Source: an uncultured Erysipelotrichaceae bacterium (GTDB lineage: Bacteria > Bacillota_I > Bacilli_A > Erysipelotrichales > Erysipelotrichaceae). Taken from it: DNA of 54,253 nt. Below the pieces are notes generated by a model. The model worked only from the letters and a program-made list of their open reading frames with translations, made no database searches and was not told the DNA's origin. Below, piece after piece: positions 8,570-18,253 of the stretch. Numbering within the stretch: position 1 is the first letter of the stretch; every line of letters begins with the position of its first letter. The stretch is from positions 1-54,253 of the forward strand of contig CACYEP010000075.1 of assembly GCA_902773425.1 (NCBI GenBank). The letters are read 5' to 3'. The position numbers were made by a program, and so were the translations under genes.

Positions 8570-9821
8570 GTATTGCCTCCTTGCCGTTGTATGCTGCCGC
8601 AATCACTGTCCTGAATACCTGCTGGAAAGAGTCTCCGCTCTTTTCGCACAGTTTTTTGACACTCTCGTATTCCGGATAGTACCGCGTCTCTTCCGATGTC
8701 TTACAAACCTTCACCGTCGCTTCTCCGTAAACCGTCGGTACTTTCCGGAACGTCCGCTCTAAGACCGTACTGGTCATCGGAACTCTGCGGATTCCGATGG
8801 TTGTTGTTTCCCGGAAAATAATCCGTTCCATTTCTTTACGGTTCTTTTCCGAACATATTACGCTTAATAACCATCCCGGACGGTTCTTCTTCATATATAC
8901 AGGGGAGGAATGCACGTCGAACGCGCCGGCTTCAAACAGTTTGTCCATCACGTATCCGATCGCTTCCCCGGTGCAGTCATCCACGTTGGTTTCCAATTTC
9001 ATGATCTGCGCATCTTTACAGGTATCAACCTCTTCAATTAACATCGCTCTAAGATATCCCGGTCCGTCATATTCCCGCTTGCCGGCACCGTATCCGGTTT
9101 TCAGAACGCGGAAGCTTTCCGGAAGAGTTTTTCCTCCCCACAGCGCCGCGACTGCCGCAATGCCGGTCGGAGTCACAAACTCTCCTTCCCGGTCCATAAT
9201 CGAAAGCGGGATTCCGTACTTTTGGAGAATGTTGGATACTGCCGGTACCGGTACCGGAAGGATACCGTGCTGACAGCGAACCGTACCGCGTCCCTCGCAC
9301 ACCTTCGTGATAACTGTTTCTTTTACACCGAGATTATCCGCCAAAACTGCAATCGAAATAACATCGACAATGGAATCCATGGCACCGACTTCATGGAAAT
9401 GCACTTCTTCGACCGGAACTTTATGTGCAACCGATTCGGATTCCGCAATGATCCGGAACATCTTTTTCGCAAGGTTTCTTGCGTCGTCTGTCATTTCCCC
9501 GCTGTCGATGATTTCATATACATCGCTTAAGTGTCTGCCGTGATGATGATGCTCATGATAATCCGACGCATCCTCATGATGTTTTCCGTGCAGATACTGC
9601 ATATCATGGTCATGCGGATCTTCCTCCAAAACCACATTGAAATCGCAGCAGTCCACCGAAGACTTCACTACTCTTTTTATCTCAACTTTAAAATGCCTGT
9701 CCGGAAGAGAATTCAGGGCTTTTTCCAAAACATCCCGGTCGGCCCCCAGATCCAGTAACGCTCCGACCGTCATGTCTCCGCTGATTCCCGATGCGCATTC
9801 CAAATACAATATCTTATCCAT
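8562..9821 (-). CDS. larC: nickel-pincer cofactor biosynthesis protein LarC (DUF111 nickel insertase)
   Basis: MDKILYLECASGISGDMTVGALLDLGAD is the hallmark LarC N-terminus. His-rich tract HDHDMQYLHGKHHEDASDYHEHHHHGRH. A single uninterrupted ORF. Confidence 0.85.
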   Translation of the reverse strand: MDKILYLECASGISGDMTVGALLDLGADRDVLEKALNSLPDRHFKVEIKRVVKSSVDCCDFNVVLEEDPHDHDMQYLHGKHHEDASDYHEHHHHGRHLSDVYEIIDSGEMTDDARNLAKKMFRIIAESESVAHKVPVEEVHFHEVGAMDSIVDVISIAVLADNLGVKETVITKVCEGRGTVRCQHGILPVPVPAVSNILQKYGIPLSIMDREGEFVTPTGIAAVAALWGGKTLPESFRVLKTGYGAGKREYDGPGYLRAMLIEEVDTCKDAQIMKLETNVDDCTGEAIGYVMDKLFEAGAFDVHSSPVYMKKNRPGWLLSVICSEKNRKEMERIIFRETTTIGIRRVPMTSTVLERTFRKVPTVYGEATVKVCKTSEETRYYPEYESVKKLCEKSGDSFQQVFRTVIAAAYNGKEAIHD

Positions 9822-9885
9822 ACTGTTTCCTCTTTTTATACATTATACCAATTTCAGTCTTCGATAACGTGCCATTTAGGCACAG

Positions 9886-9914
9886 AAAATCCCGTCTTTA
9901 AGCCGGCGGGATTT
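9886..9914 (-). terminator. intrinsic terminator downstream of darA
   Basis: On the minus strand, AAATCCCGCC...GACGGGATTTTCTGT forms a hairpin followed by a U-rich tail. A second small hairpin, GTGCC-ATTTA-GGCAC, lies at 9869-9883. Confidence 0.55.
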
Positions 9915-9924
9915 ATTTACTGTT

Positions 9925-10248
9925 CTAAAGTTTTAGGAACTGTTCGATATTCAGCACGAAGATTGTTGCGCCTCCGACCTGAACTTCGATCGGATAAGTC
10001 GCATATCTTCCGACATCAAACGATGCCGTCGCAGGAACAACCTCGGTTCTGCGGCAGGATTCTTTTCCGATAATCGCTACGACATCTTCAACTTTTTCAT
10101 CATCAGTCCCGATCAGCAGCGTTGTATTTCCGGCGCGAAGGAATCCGCCCGTCGTCGCCAATTTGGTTACCTGATACTTTTCAGCCGTCAGCGAATTTAC
10201 GACCGAAGAACTGTCATCATTGGACACAATCGCAATTATTAATTTCAT
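9925..10248 (-). CDS. darA: PII-like cyclic-di-AMP receptor DarA (YaaQ family)
   Basis: MKLIIAIVSNDD...VTKLATTGGFLRAGNTTLLIG...GGATIFVLNIEQF matches the YaaQ/DarA family. Origin-proximal position as in Bacillus. Confidence 0.8.
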   Translation of the reverse strand: MKLIIAIVSNDDSSSVVNSLTAEKYQVTKLATTGGFLRAGNTTLLIGTDDEKVEDVVAIIGKESCRRTEVVPATASFDVGRYATYPIEVQVGGATIFVLNIEQFLKL

Positions 10249-10282
10249 ACGATGTACCTCCTACCTATTTATTATAACCGAT

Positions 10283-11383
10283 TTAGACATTGAAACGGAA
10301 GAAGACAATATCTCCGTCCTTCACAACGTATTCTTTTCCTTCAATCCGGAGTTTTCCGGCTTCCTTGATTCCCGCTTCGCTTCCGTACGTCATCAGATCA
10401 TCATAGGAATAAACTTCTGCCTTAATAAATCCCCGCTCGAAATCCGTATGAATGATTCCGGCGCACTGCGGAGCTTTTGCGCCTTCATGGAACGTCCATG
10501 CGCGGACTTCATCCTTTCCGACTGTAAAGAATGTGCGAAGCCCCAGCATCTCATACGCCGTCTGGATGATTTGATCCAATCCTGCGCGTTCGATACCGAG
10601 ATCCGCCAGGAACATCTCTTTGTCTTCCGTGTCCATTCCTGCGAGTTCTTCCTCGATTTTCGCGCAAATCGGCAGCACCGGCGCATGTTCTTCATCCGCC
10701 AATTTCTTGACTGCCTGATAGTGTGCGGAACTTTCAGGATCCGCCACATCATCTTCCGACATATTTGCGACATAGATTACCGGTTTCACCGTAAGAAGAT
10801 GGAAAGACTTCATGACTTCTTCTTCATCTTTATTTAATTCCGCCACCCGTGCCGGCTTGCCTTCCAATAACAGCGCACGGATTTTCTGCAGCGCGCTTAA
10901 CTGTACGACCGCAGCCTTCTCCTTGGACTTTGCCTTTCTTTCCACTTTGGTGATTCCGGATTCCACCGACTCTAAATCGGCCATAATCAATTCCGTATTT
11001 ACGATTTCAATATCACGAACCGGATCAACTTCTCCCTCTACATGGGTGATATCCGGATCGTCAAAGCATCTTGCGACATGGCAGATCAGATTTACCTCGC
11101 GGATATTGGAAAGGAATTGGTTTCCCAAACCTTCTCCTTTCGACGCGCCTTTTACCAATCCGGCAATATCGGTGAAGGAGAACGTGTTATATACCGTTCT
11201 TCTCGGTTCAAACATCTTTACCAGTGTGATCATCCGGTCATCCGGCACTTCAACTACTCCTACATTCGGATCTTTGGTCGCAAACGGATAGTTCGCCACT
11301 AAAGCTTCGGACTTTGTTATCGCGTTAAACAGCGTGGACTTTCCGATATTCGGAAGCCCGACAATACCCGCAGTCAGTCCCAT
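10283..11383 (-). CDS. ychF: redox-regulated ribosome-binding ATPase YchF
   Basis: GIVGLPNIGKSTLFNA P-loop, a TGS-like C-terminus (VKDGDIVFFRFNV) and 366 aa, all canonical for YchF. Confidence 0.9.
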   Translation of the reverse strand: MGLTAGIVGLPNIGKSTLFNAITKSEALVANYPFATKDPNVGVVEVPDDRMITLVKMFEPRRTVYNTFSFTDIAGLVKGASKGEGLGNQFLSNIREVNLICHVARCFDDPDITHVEGEVDPVRDIEIVNTELIMADLESVESGITKVERKAKSKEKAAVVQLSALQKIRALLLEGKPARVAELNKDEEEVMKSFHLLTVKPVIYVANMSEDDVADPESSAHYQAVKKLADEEHAPVLPICAKIEEELAGMDTEDKEMFLADLGIERAGLDQIIQTAYEMLGLRTFFTVGKDEVRAWTFHEGAKAPQCAGIIHTDFERGFIKAEVYSYDDLMTYGSEAGIKEAGKLRIEGKEYVVKDGDIVFFRFNV

Positions 11384-11592
11384 TACTTATTACCTCCTGT
11401 CATAACTCCGTTATGTTCAATTACTTTCTTACATTTCCGCTCGAATTCGCTGCGGGGAAACAATACGCTCGCACCGCACCCTAAACATTTTATACGGATA
11501 TCGGCTCCCATGCGAATAATTTTCCAATACTTTGACTTATGACAAGGATGTTCCTTCTTCATTTCGACAATGTCATTCAGATCGTATTCCAT
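11383..11592 (-). CDS. DUF951 small protein (YyzM-like)
   Basis: DIVEMKKEHPC...WKIIRMGADIRIKCLGCGASVLFPRSEFE matches DUF951. Sits immediately upstream of ychF as in Bacillus, with a TAATG overlap. Confidence 0.75.
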   Translation of the reverse strand: MEYDLNDIVEMKKEHPCHKSKYWKIIRMGADIRIKCLGCGASVLFPRSEFERKCKKVIEHNGVMTGGNK

Positions 11593-12436
11593 ATTTCCTC
11601 CGGTAACACTTCATCGCGCTGCGGAACAGAATCGCCGTTGTAAGAGTCCCGATTCCTCCCGGCACAACAGACACTTCCGCATCCAAATCCTGTAATTCTT
11701 CAAAGTTTACATCTCCGCAAAGCTTTCCGTTTTCATCATAATTCGTTCCGACATCGATGATCACCTGTCCGTCGCGGCAATAATCTTTCCCGATCATCTT
11801 TGCTTTTTTCATCGCAACCACCAGGATGTCTGCCTCTTTGGTAATTTCCGGCAGATTCTTCGTCCTCGAATGCGCAACCGTCACGGTGGCATTCTTGTTT
11901 AACAATAACTGCGCAGCCGGCTTCCCCACGGTTTGGCTTCTGCCGATTACGACAGCACGCTTTCCGGAAACCGGGATTTCATAGGCCTCCAGCATCTCCA
12001 TAACCGCTTCCGCTGTACAGGGGAGGATTGCCTCTTTTCCGCCGTAAAGCGCCGCAATATTCGCGTCTGTGACCCCTTCCGCATCTTTCGCCGGGTCTAA
12101 CATTTGCCGGATTTCTTCATAATCCACATTTTGCGGGAACGGTTTTTCCAGCAGCACTGCATGGATTTTATCATCATTGTTCAATTCTTCCATGATTTTT
12201 TTGACATCATCCGTCGAAAGTTCCCGGGATAACTCGCAAAGCCGGACATCAAATCCCGATTTCTCCGCATTTTTCCGGATTCCGCGGATATATGCCTTAA
12301 TTCCGTCATCATCTTCAGAATAAACAACCGCAACCGACGGTTTCGGATACCCTTCACTTACCGCCTGCTCAGACCGCCGCGCATTTTCTGCGTGAATCCA
12401 TGCTGCACGTTCTTTTCCGGATAGTACACGTTTCAT
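11573..12436 (-). CDS. folD: bifunctional methylenetetrahydrofolate dehydrogenase/methenyl-THF cyclohydrolase
   Basis: Typical FolD length and motifs (AVVIGRSQTVGKPAAQLL, PGGIGTLTTAIL). Confidence 0.9.
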   Translation of the reverse strand: MKRVLSGKERAAWIHAENARRSEQAVSEGYPKPSVAVVYSEDDDGIKAYIRGIRKNAEKSGFDVRLCELSRELSTDDVKKIMEELNNDDKIHAVLLEKPFPQNVDYEEIRQMLDPAKDAEGVTDANIAALYGGKEAILPCTAEAVMEMLEAYEIPVSGKRAVVIGRSQTVGKPAAQLLLNKNATVTVAHSRTKNLPEITKEADILVVAMKKAKMIGKDYCRDGQVIIDVGTNYDENGKLCGDVNFEELQDLDAEVSVVPGGIGTLTTAILFRSAMKCYRRKYGIRSE

Positions 12437-12882
12437 TAGAGCTCCTTTGAATCAACCCATATTGTTACCGGGCCGTCGTTGATCAGCGATACTTTCATCT
12501 CCGCACCGAAGATTCCGGTCTCTACGCGAAGATTTCTCTTCCTTAACTCTTCATTGAAGTAATCGTAAAGCTCGGTTGCTTCAGCAAAACTCATTGCATT
12601 TGTGAAACTCGGCCGTCTTCCCCGTCGTACATCGCCGTACAGGGTGAACTGGGAAATGCTTAAGACAGCTCCTTCGGCATCATAGATGGATTTGTTCATT
12701 TTGCCGTCTTCATCATCAAAGATTCTGAGTTCCGACACTTTCTTTGCGACTTTCGCCGCAATATCTTCATCATCGCCGGCAGTAAAACCCACCAGCAGCA
12801 AATACCCTCTGCCGATTTCTCCGTGCACCTTCCCGTCAATGGTCACATCTGCCTTTAAAACCCTCTGAATCAACACTCTCAT
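12436..12882 (-). CDS. dtd: D-aminoacyl-tRNA deacylase
   Basis: MRVLIQRV...SQFTLYGD...RRGRRPSF...NDGPVT are canonical Dtd motifs. Confidence 0.9.
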   Translation of the reverse strand: MRVLIQRVLKADVTIDGKVHGEIGRGYLLLVGFTAGDDEDIAAKVAKKVSELRIFDDEDGKMNKSIYDAEGAVLSISQFTLYGDVRRGRRPSFTNAMSFAEATELYDYFNEELRKRNLRVETGIFGAEMKVSLINDGPVTIWVDSKEL

Positions 12883-12994
12883 ATACGATCACTTCCTGTT
12901 TACAGGATTATTATACAGGAGTCTTTCAAAAAATACTTCACACTGTCTATTTACTTGTCAAAGAACGCTCTCTCTTTTCCTTAATATACAGTTT

Positions 12995-14032
12995 CTAACT
13001 AAGGATTCTTTTCCGGTACCATATCTCTTGTTTTTTATACAGAAAGACATTGTAGAGAATCATTGCCGCGGCGCCGAGAATGACAGCGGGTGTCCAGCCG
13101 TCTTCCGTATATAAAAGAGGTACAGCCAGACTGTTCAGCACCGGAAGAAAACCTGCGATTGCTAAAATCAGTTTTTTGCCGCTTTGAAACGCGTCGAGGA
13201 TCACAAAGTAGCCGATGAAGAATAATACATTCGGCAAAATCAGATAACCCGCAACCTGGTCGGGATGATTCACTTTGGCAACGTAGACAGCTGTCGCGCG
13301 ATGCGTGAACCACATTCCCGCAATCATGATGAATACCGGGAACAGAACGCTTGTCTCACTTGAACCCATATACGGCGTCAAATCCGTAAAATCCGGCAAT
13401 CCCGCTGTCACCAGCCGGATCATTCCCCAAAACAGGATTCCCGCCGCAAATATTCCTCCGTCGATGATTCTTGTCAGCCACGCGTACCGTATCATCGTAT
13501 TCATGTGTTTTTCCGGATTCATGCTGCTTAGAATCATATCACTCATCCCGGACAGCTTATCATCCACGATTTCACCGGCTATAACGGTCCCTTTGGACAA
13601 TGATTCAAAATACAGAAACGTCAACAGAATAAGACCCAGCGAGAAATCCGGATGTATCTCTTCCCTTACATCTACTTCCGGAATCCATTCCGCGTGCTCA
13701 TACCGCATGATCGCATTTTCCAAATTTCTTTTCACTTCCGCAGGCAGCCGGGATTTTGCCTGTGCTGTCCATATGTATCCCTTGGTTAAGACAATATCCG
13801 CGTTTTCTTTGGAATCCGCTTCCAAAAACCCGTCTGTTTCCGCAAATTCCACGCATCCCTGAGGCTCGGTAAACACTTTCGGCTTACTTCCGGTATTCAC
13901 AAACGCAAGAAGGTGATCTGAAAACATCAGCAGCCCGGTTACAAGGAAAATCACTGCGATCCGGATCTTGGAGGATTTTGTCCGGTAGTGTTCCTTCAGC
14001 CGGAATAACAGATAGGAGTTACTCATGGTCAT
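12995..14032 (-). CDS. multi-pass membrane protein, putative permease partner of the upstream ABC ATPase
   Basis: Six or more hydrophobic helices in the C-terminal two thirds. Start preferred at ATG 14032, which has GGAAGGA 6 nt upstream. Overlaps the ATPase stop. No specific family recognised. Confidence 0.55.
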   Translation of the reverse strand: MTMSNSYLLFRLKEHYRTKSSKIRIAVIFLVTGLLMFSDHLLAFVNTGSKPKVFTEPQGCVEFAETDGFLEADSKENADIVLTKGYIWTAQAKSRLPAEVKRNLENAIMRYEHAEWIPEVDVREEIHPDFSLGLILLTFLYFESLSKGTVIAGEIVDDKLSGMSDMILSSMNPEKHMNTMIRYAWLTRIIDGGIFAAGILFWGMIRLVTAGLPDFTDLTPYMGSSETSVLFPVFIMIAGMWFTHRATAVYVAKVNHPDQVAGYLILPNVLFFIGYFVILDAFQSGKKLILAIAGFLPVLNSLAVPLLYTEDGWTPAVILGAAAMILYNVFLYKKQEIWYRKRILS

Positions 14033-14660
14033 GTTGGATCCTTCCTTCATGAAGACGGATTACACGGTCACACAATTCCGGAATTCTCTCCTCTTCGTGC
14101 ACGGACAGCAGTGTGATCTTTCCTTCTCTGTCTTTACGGATCCGCCGGATAAGCTCTTCGCGGTTTCCGGTATCAAGTCCGCTGAGAGGCTCGTCCAGTA
14201 TCAGGACTCTCGGATTATGAATCACGGCGCACGCATACGCGATAAGTCTGGCATTCCCTTTGGAAAGCTCACCGATTCTCCGGAACTTGTTGTTTTCGAG
14301 ACCCAGCTGCTTTACAATTTCATCCACTCTTCCGGGAGCCTCTTTTTTCGGAATTCCCTTCAGTCTTCCGATCAATAAAATCATGTCATACACCGTACTT
14401 GTCTTCCGCAGACTCCGCTCCTCCGGCATGAACCCGATTTTTGAGAGAGGATACTCTTCCAGCGGAATTCCGTCGATATCCGCTTCGCCGCTGTCCGGAC
14501 ACAACAGTCTTGCCGCAATACGGAATAAGGTAGTCTTCCCGGACCCGTTTCTTCCGATGACTCCTGTCACCTCATTGTCTTCCGCCCGGAAACTGCAGTC
14601 CTTGATCCCGCGTCCGTCTTTGAAGGTCTTTGTCACATTCATAAACCGCATCATTTTCAA
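14019..14660 (-). CDS. ABC transporter ATP-binding protein
   Basis: Walker A GRNGSGKTT, degenerate signature LSKGN and Walker B LILDEP. Confidence 0.8.
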   Translation of the reverse strand: MKMMRFMNVTKTFKDGRGIKDCSFRAEDNEVTGVIGRNGSGKTTLFRIAARLLCPDSGEADIDGIPLEEYPLSKIGFMPEERSLRKTSTVYDMILLIGRLKGIPKKEAPGRVDEIVKQLGLENNKFRRIGELSKGNARLIAYACAVIHNPRVLILDEPLSGLDTGNREELIRRIRKDREGKITLLSVHEEERIPELCDRVIRLHEGRIQHDHE

Positions 14661-14711
14661 ATCACCCCGGTATTAATTACGCGTCAACATTCGATTTTCC
14701 GCGAAACACGC

Positions 14712-14748
14712 AAAAAAAATATCACTTTAGATTTCTTCCGTGATATTT
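14712..14748 (-). terminator. intrinsic terminator downstream of tcdA
   Basis: On the minus strand, AAATATCAC and GTGATATTT form a hairpin around a 14-nt loop, followed by a run of 8 T. Confidence 0.6.
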
Positions 14749-14789
14749 CTTTCCTTACTTTAGATATAATCCGCGCCGACTTTCTGCGT

Positions 14790-15518
14790 TTACCCTGCCG
14801 CACCCTCATTCAGCACGCGCACGATGTAGGATGCCGCCGAAAGTCCTGCGGCCGCCGGCACGAAAATCGAACTTCCGATTGGATTCTTCTCTTTCCGGGT
14901 ATTTCCTGTTTCATCCTTGCCGGTCTTTCCGTGTGTCTCCTCTTTGGAGAACACCACCGGGATCTTCAGAGACAATCCTTCGTCCCGCAAAATTTTTCTC
15001 AGTGCTTTTGCCAGACGGTCATAACTCGTTTTGTCCAAAGTCGTGATTTCAATCTTAGTCGGGTCCATGCGCCCTCCCATGCCTAAGGAGCTGATGAACG
15101 GTATTTTCTTCTCCGCAAGTTTTTTGATGAGCTCCGCCTTGGATGTCAGCACATCGATCGCATCCACCGCCGCGTCGATCTTTTCTTTCAGGATTTCATC
15201 TATTGTCTGCGTATTTATAAACAGGGGGTACTCGATGACTTCACATTCCGGATTGATGTCCTTGATTCTTTCCTTCATGACTCCGGTCTTTCTCTTCCCG
15301 ATTGTCGACCGGAGCGCGATGACCTGACGGTTCAGGTTCGACTCGCTGACTGTATCAAAGTCCACCAGGATCAGTCTGCCGATTCCTGTGCGTGCCAAAG
15401 CCTCTGCCGCATAAGATCCGACACCGCCGATTCCGAACACTGCAACACACTTACGGCTTAAGGCTTCCATCTTCTCTTTACCTAAGAGAATTTCCAAGCG
15501 TTCATTTTTCATGGTCAT
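14790..15518 (-). CDS. tcdA: tRNA threonylcarbamoyladenosine dehydratase (ThiF/E1-like)
   Basis: VAVFGIGGVGSYAAEALARTGIGRLILVDFDTVSESNLNRQ is the TcdA/CsdL-type E1 nucleotide-binding fold. Confidence 0.8.
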   Translation of the reverse strand: MTMKNERLEILLGKEKMEALSRKCVAVFGIGGVGSYAAEALARTGIGRLILVDFDTVSESNLNRQVIALRSTIGKRKTGVMKERIKDINPECEVIEYPLFINTQTIDEILKEKIDAAVDAIDVLTSKAELIKKLAEKKIPFISSLGMGGRMDPTKIEITTLDKTSYDRLAKALRKILRDEGLSLKIPVVFSKEETHGKTGKDETGNTRKEKNPIGSSIFVPAAAGLSAASYIVRVLNEGAAG

Positions 15519-16428
15519 TCATCCACCGTTTCAAATCGTCTTCCATCCGGGCCAAATCATCCGGGTTTGTGACATCATACCAGTTCTGAGGCATCTGATG
15601 ACGGAACCATGTGTACTGCCGCTTCACGAACCGGCGTGTGTTTTTCTTGATTAATTCAAGAGTCTCATCTAGGGTTAGAGTTCCCTCAAAATACCCCTTC
15701 CACTCCTTGTATCCGATTCCGGCCATTGACTGGAAATTCCAAAGATCCGGATACTCCCGGATCAAGCCTTCGATTTCTTCCTTAAGACCCGCTTCGGCCA
15801 TTTTATCTACTCTGCGGTTTATGCGGTCCGTCAGAGCATCTTTCGGCATTGTCAGTTCAATAAAGAACGTATCATACACCAATTCGTGCTTTTGAGCCTC
15901 GATAACGTCTGATTTACGTGTTCCGGCATTTGCCATCCAGAGCGCCCTTAAAACCCTTTTACGGTTGTTCGGATGAATAGATTCCGCAGCCTTCGGATCC
16001 GCACTTAAAAGCTCCCTGTAGAGCTCTTCGGAGGATACTTCTTTCTTGGAAGAAATGAACACATCCGGCTCGCCTTCGTTTTCAAACGCGTAATCATAAA
16101 CCATCGCCTTGGTATAGAGTCCTGTCCCTCCGACAACAACCGGCACCTTCTTTTCCGCATGAAGTTCCGCCGCGATCTTCCGGCTCATCCGCTGAAAATC
16201 GCAGACACTGTAATTCTCGTCCGGATCCAGAATATCGATGAGATGCTGAACGACTCCGTCCGCTTCATCCTCCGTCACCTTCGCCGATCCGATGTTTAAT
16301 TTTCTGTACACCTGAATGGAATCTGCGCTGATAATTTCCGTACCGAGTTTCTTTGCCAGACGGATCCCGACGTCGGATTTTCCTACACCGGTCGGTCCGA
16401 TCACCATGATGACTTTATCCACGTTCAA
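15502..16428 (-). CDS. miaA: tRNA dimethylallyltransferase
   Basis: VIGPTGVGKS P-loop. mutS-mutL-miaA synteny. Confidence 0.9.
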   Translation of the reverse strand: MNVDKVIMVIGPTGVGKSDVGIRLAKKLGTEIISADSIQVYRKLNIGSAKVTEDEADGVVQHLIDILDPDENYSVCDFQRMSRKIAAELHAEKKVPVVVGGTGLYTKAMVYDYAFENEGEPDVFISSKKEVSSEELYRELLSADPKAAESIHPNNRKRVLRALWMANAGTRKSDVIEAQKHELVYDTFFIELTMPKDALTDRINRRVDKMAEAGLKEEIEGLIREYPDLWNFQSMAGIGYKEWKGYFEGTLTLDETLELIKKNTRRFVKRQYTWFRHQMPQNWYDVTNPDDLARMEDDLKRWMNDHEK

Positions 16429-18253
16429 ACTCCTTCCGGAGATCTTTATCCGTGATTTTGATTAATGTCGGTCTTCCGTGCGGACAGTTAAACGGCTGTT
16501 CGCAGCGGTTTAAATCTTCCAGGATTTTGTTCATTTCATCTAAGGTCAGATTGCGGTTAAAACGCACAGAACCGTGGCACGCCATCGTCGCAACTGCGTG
16601 TTTTTGATAGTCAGCGCGTGTTACTTTACGGTCCTCGTTATACAGATCCAGAAGGTCCTTAAGAATTGCGTTTACATCCGCGCCGGACATCCAAACCGGG
16701 ATTTCCCGCAATAATACCGTGTGCCCTCCGAACGGTTCCAACTTTAGACCGAGGTCTTCCATGAAGGAAGAGATGCGGTCCCATTCGTTAAATTCCGAAG
16801 GAGTCAGTTCAAGCGTCACCGGCATTAAAAGGTTCTGCATGGAATAAGGTTTACGATTTACCATGCGGGAAAATTTTTCGAAATTCGAGCGTTCCGCGGC
16901 TGCGTGCTGATCGATGATATAAAGTCCGTCCTCTCCTTCCGCCAGAATGTAGTCTCTGCGGTACTGTCCGATGATTCTCAAAGGCGGAAGTTTCGAAGAC
17001 TTTGTACTATCTGCGCAAGATTCGTCCGATATTCCGGCCGGTTCCTCCGGGACTTTGGTCATTTCCGGCTCTTCCGGCATCACCAGAGGCTGCTTTGGAA
17101 AGAATTCATCCAAAGTTTCCGGCTTTTGCGTGACATACGTCACATCAAACATCGCCTCCAGCGACTGCTGCACCTTTTTCGGTTCCGCGGTTTCCTTGTC
17201 CGTATATTCTTTGATTTCATTTTCCTGTTTTACAACCGGTTCAGCCGCAAATGGCATCTTTCTTGTTTCTGTTTCTTTTTTCAGGATTTCCCGGATGTTT
17301 GACTCAATCAGGGACTCCAGCTGTTTCTGTTTGGAAAGGCGCACTTCCCATTTGGACGGGTGCACGTTCACGTCCACCAAATGCGGATCCGCCTGAATCT
17401 TTACTACCGCAATCGGATAACGGTCCGGCGCGTGATAGGGATCATACGCGCTCAGTACGGCCTTTTGTATTCCATAACTGCGGATCATACGGTCATTCAG
17501 ATATACATTGACGAAGTTCCGGCTTGCACGGTTAAATTCCGGCATGGCCAATGCGCATTCCACGGAGAAATCGTAATCTTCAAATTTTGCCGTAATCGCG
17601 GATTCCGCTATATCGGCCCCATACGTCCGGTACAGTACTTCCTTTAAGTCGCCGGTACCGGTAGTTTCATAACGCAGAATACCGTTGCTGATTAAACGGA
17701 AGGCAATATCCGGTCTTCCGAACGCAAACTTTTCAACCAGATCGATGATGGCACTTCCTTCGGATTGCGCCGAACGCATATGTTTTAAGCGCGCAGGCGT
17801 CTTGTAAAACAAATCCTCGACACTGATTCTGGTGCCTTCCGGCGCAGCTTTCGGACCTGCATACAAGATTTTCCCGTATTCCACACGGATTTCGGTTCCG
17901 CCGTTTCCGTCATTTGTCAGAAGCGTGAATTTCGATACGGACGCAATGGACGGCAAAGCTTCACCGCGGAAACCCATGGTATGAATATTCCAGAGATCCT
18001 CTGTTTTGGAGATTTTCGAAGTTGCGTGACGCTCCAGCGAAAACACCGCGTCCTGAGGATCCATGCCGGAACCGTTATCGATTACGGTCATGCGCTTCAA
18101 TCCGCCGTCTTCCATCTGGATTTCGATTTCAGTCGCTCCGGCATCCATGGCGTTTTCCACCAATTCCTTCACGACACCCATCGGCCGTTCGACAACTTCG
18201 CCGGCCGCGATCATATTTGTAAGCTGATCACTCAGTTTATTGATTTTTCCCAT
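16415..18253 (-). CDS. mutL: DNA mismatch repair protein MutL
   Basis: IAAGEVVERPMGVVKELVENAMDAG GHKL ATPase N-terminus and a C-terminal endonuclease-type domain (DQHAAAER). Confidence 0.9.
   Translation of the reverse strand: MGKINKLSDQLTNMIAAGEVVERPMGVVKELVENAMDAGATEIEIQMEDGGLKRMTVIDNGSGMDPQDAVFSLERHATSKISKTEDLWNIHTMGFRGEALPSIASVSKFTLLTNDGNGGTEIRVEYGKILYAGPKAAPEGTRISVEDLFYKTPARLKHMRSAQSEGSAIIDLVEKFAFGRPDIAFRLISNGILRYETTGTGDLKEVLYRTYGADIAESAITAKFEDYDFSVECALAMPEFNRASRNFVNVYLNDRMIRSYGIQKAVLSAYDPYHAPDRYPIAVVKIQADPHLVDVNVHPSKWEVRLSKQKQLESLIESNIREILKKETETRKMPFAAEPVVKQENEIKEYTDKETAEPKKVQQSLEAMFDVTYVTQKPETLDEFFPKQPLVMPEEPEMTKVPEEPAGISDESCADSTKSSKLPPLRIIGQYRRDYILAEGEDGLYIIDQHAAAERSNFEKFSRMVNRKPYSMQNLLMPVTLELTPSEFNEWDRISSFMEDLGLKLEPFGGHTVLLREIPVWMSGADVNAILKDLLDLYNEDRKVTRADYQKHAVATMACHGSVRFNRNLTLDEMNKILEDLNRCEQPFNCPHGRPTLIKITDKDLRKEFERG

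Noticed and set aside
8562-8602. 41-nt overlap between larC and the AKR ORF as tracked
   Set aside because: It is resolved by the internal ATG at 8569, which has AAGGAGG upstream. The true overlap is the common 8-nt ATGATTAA type.
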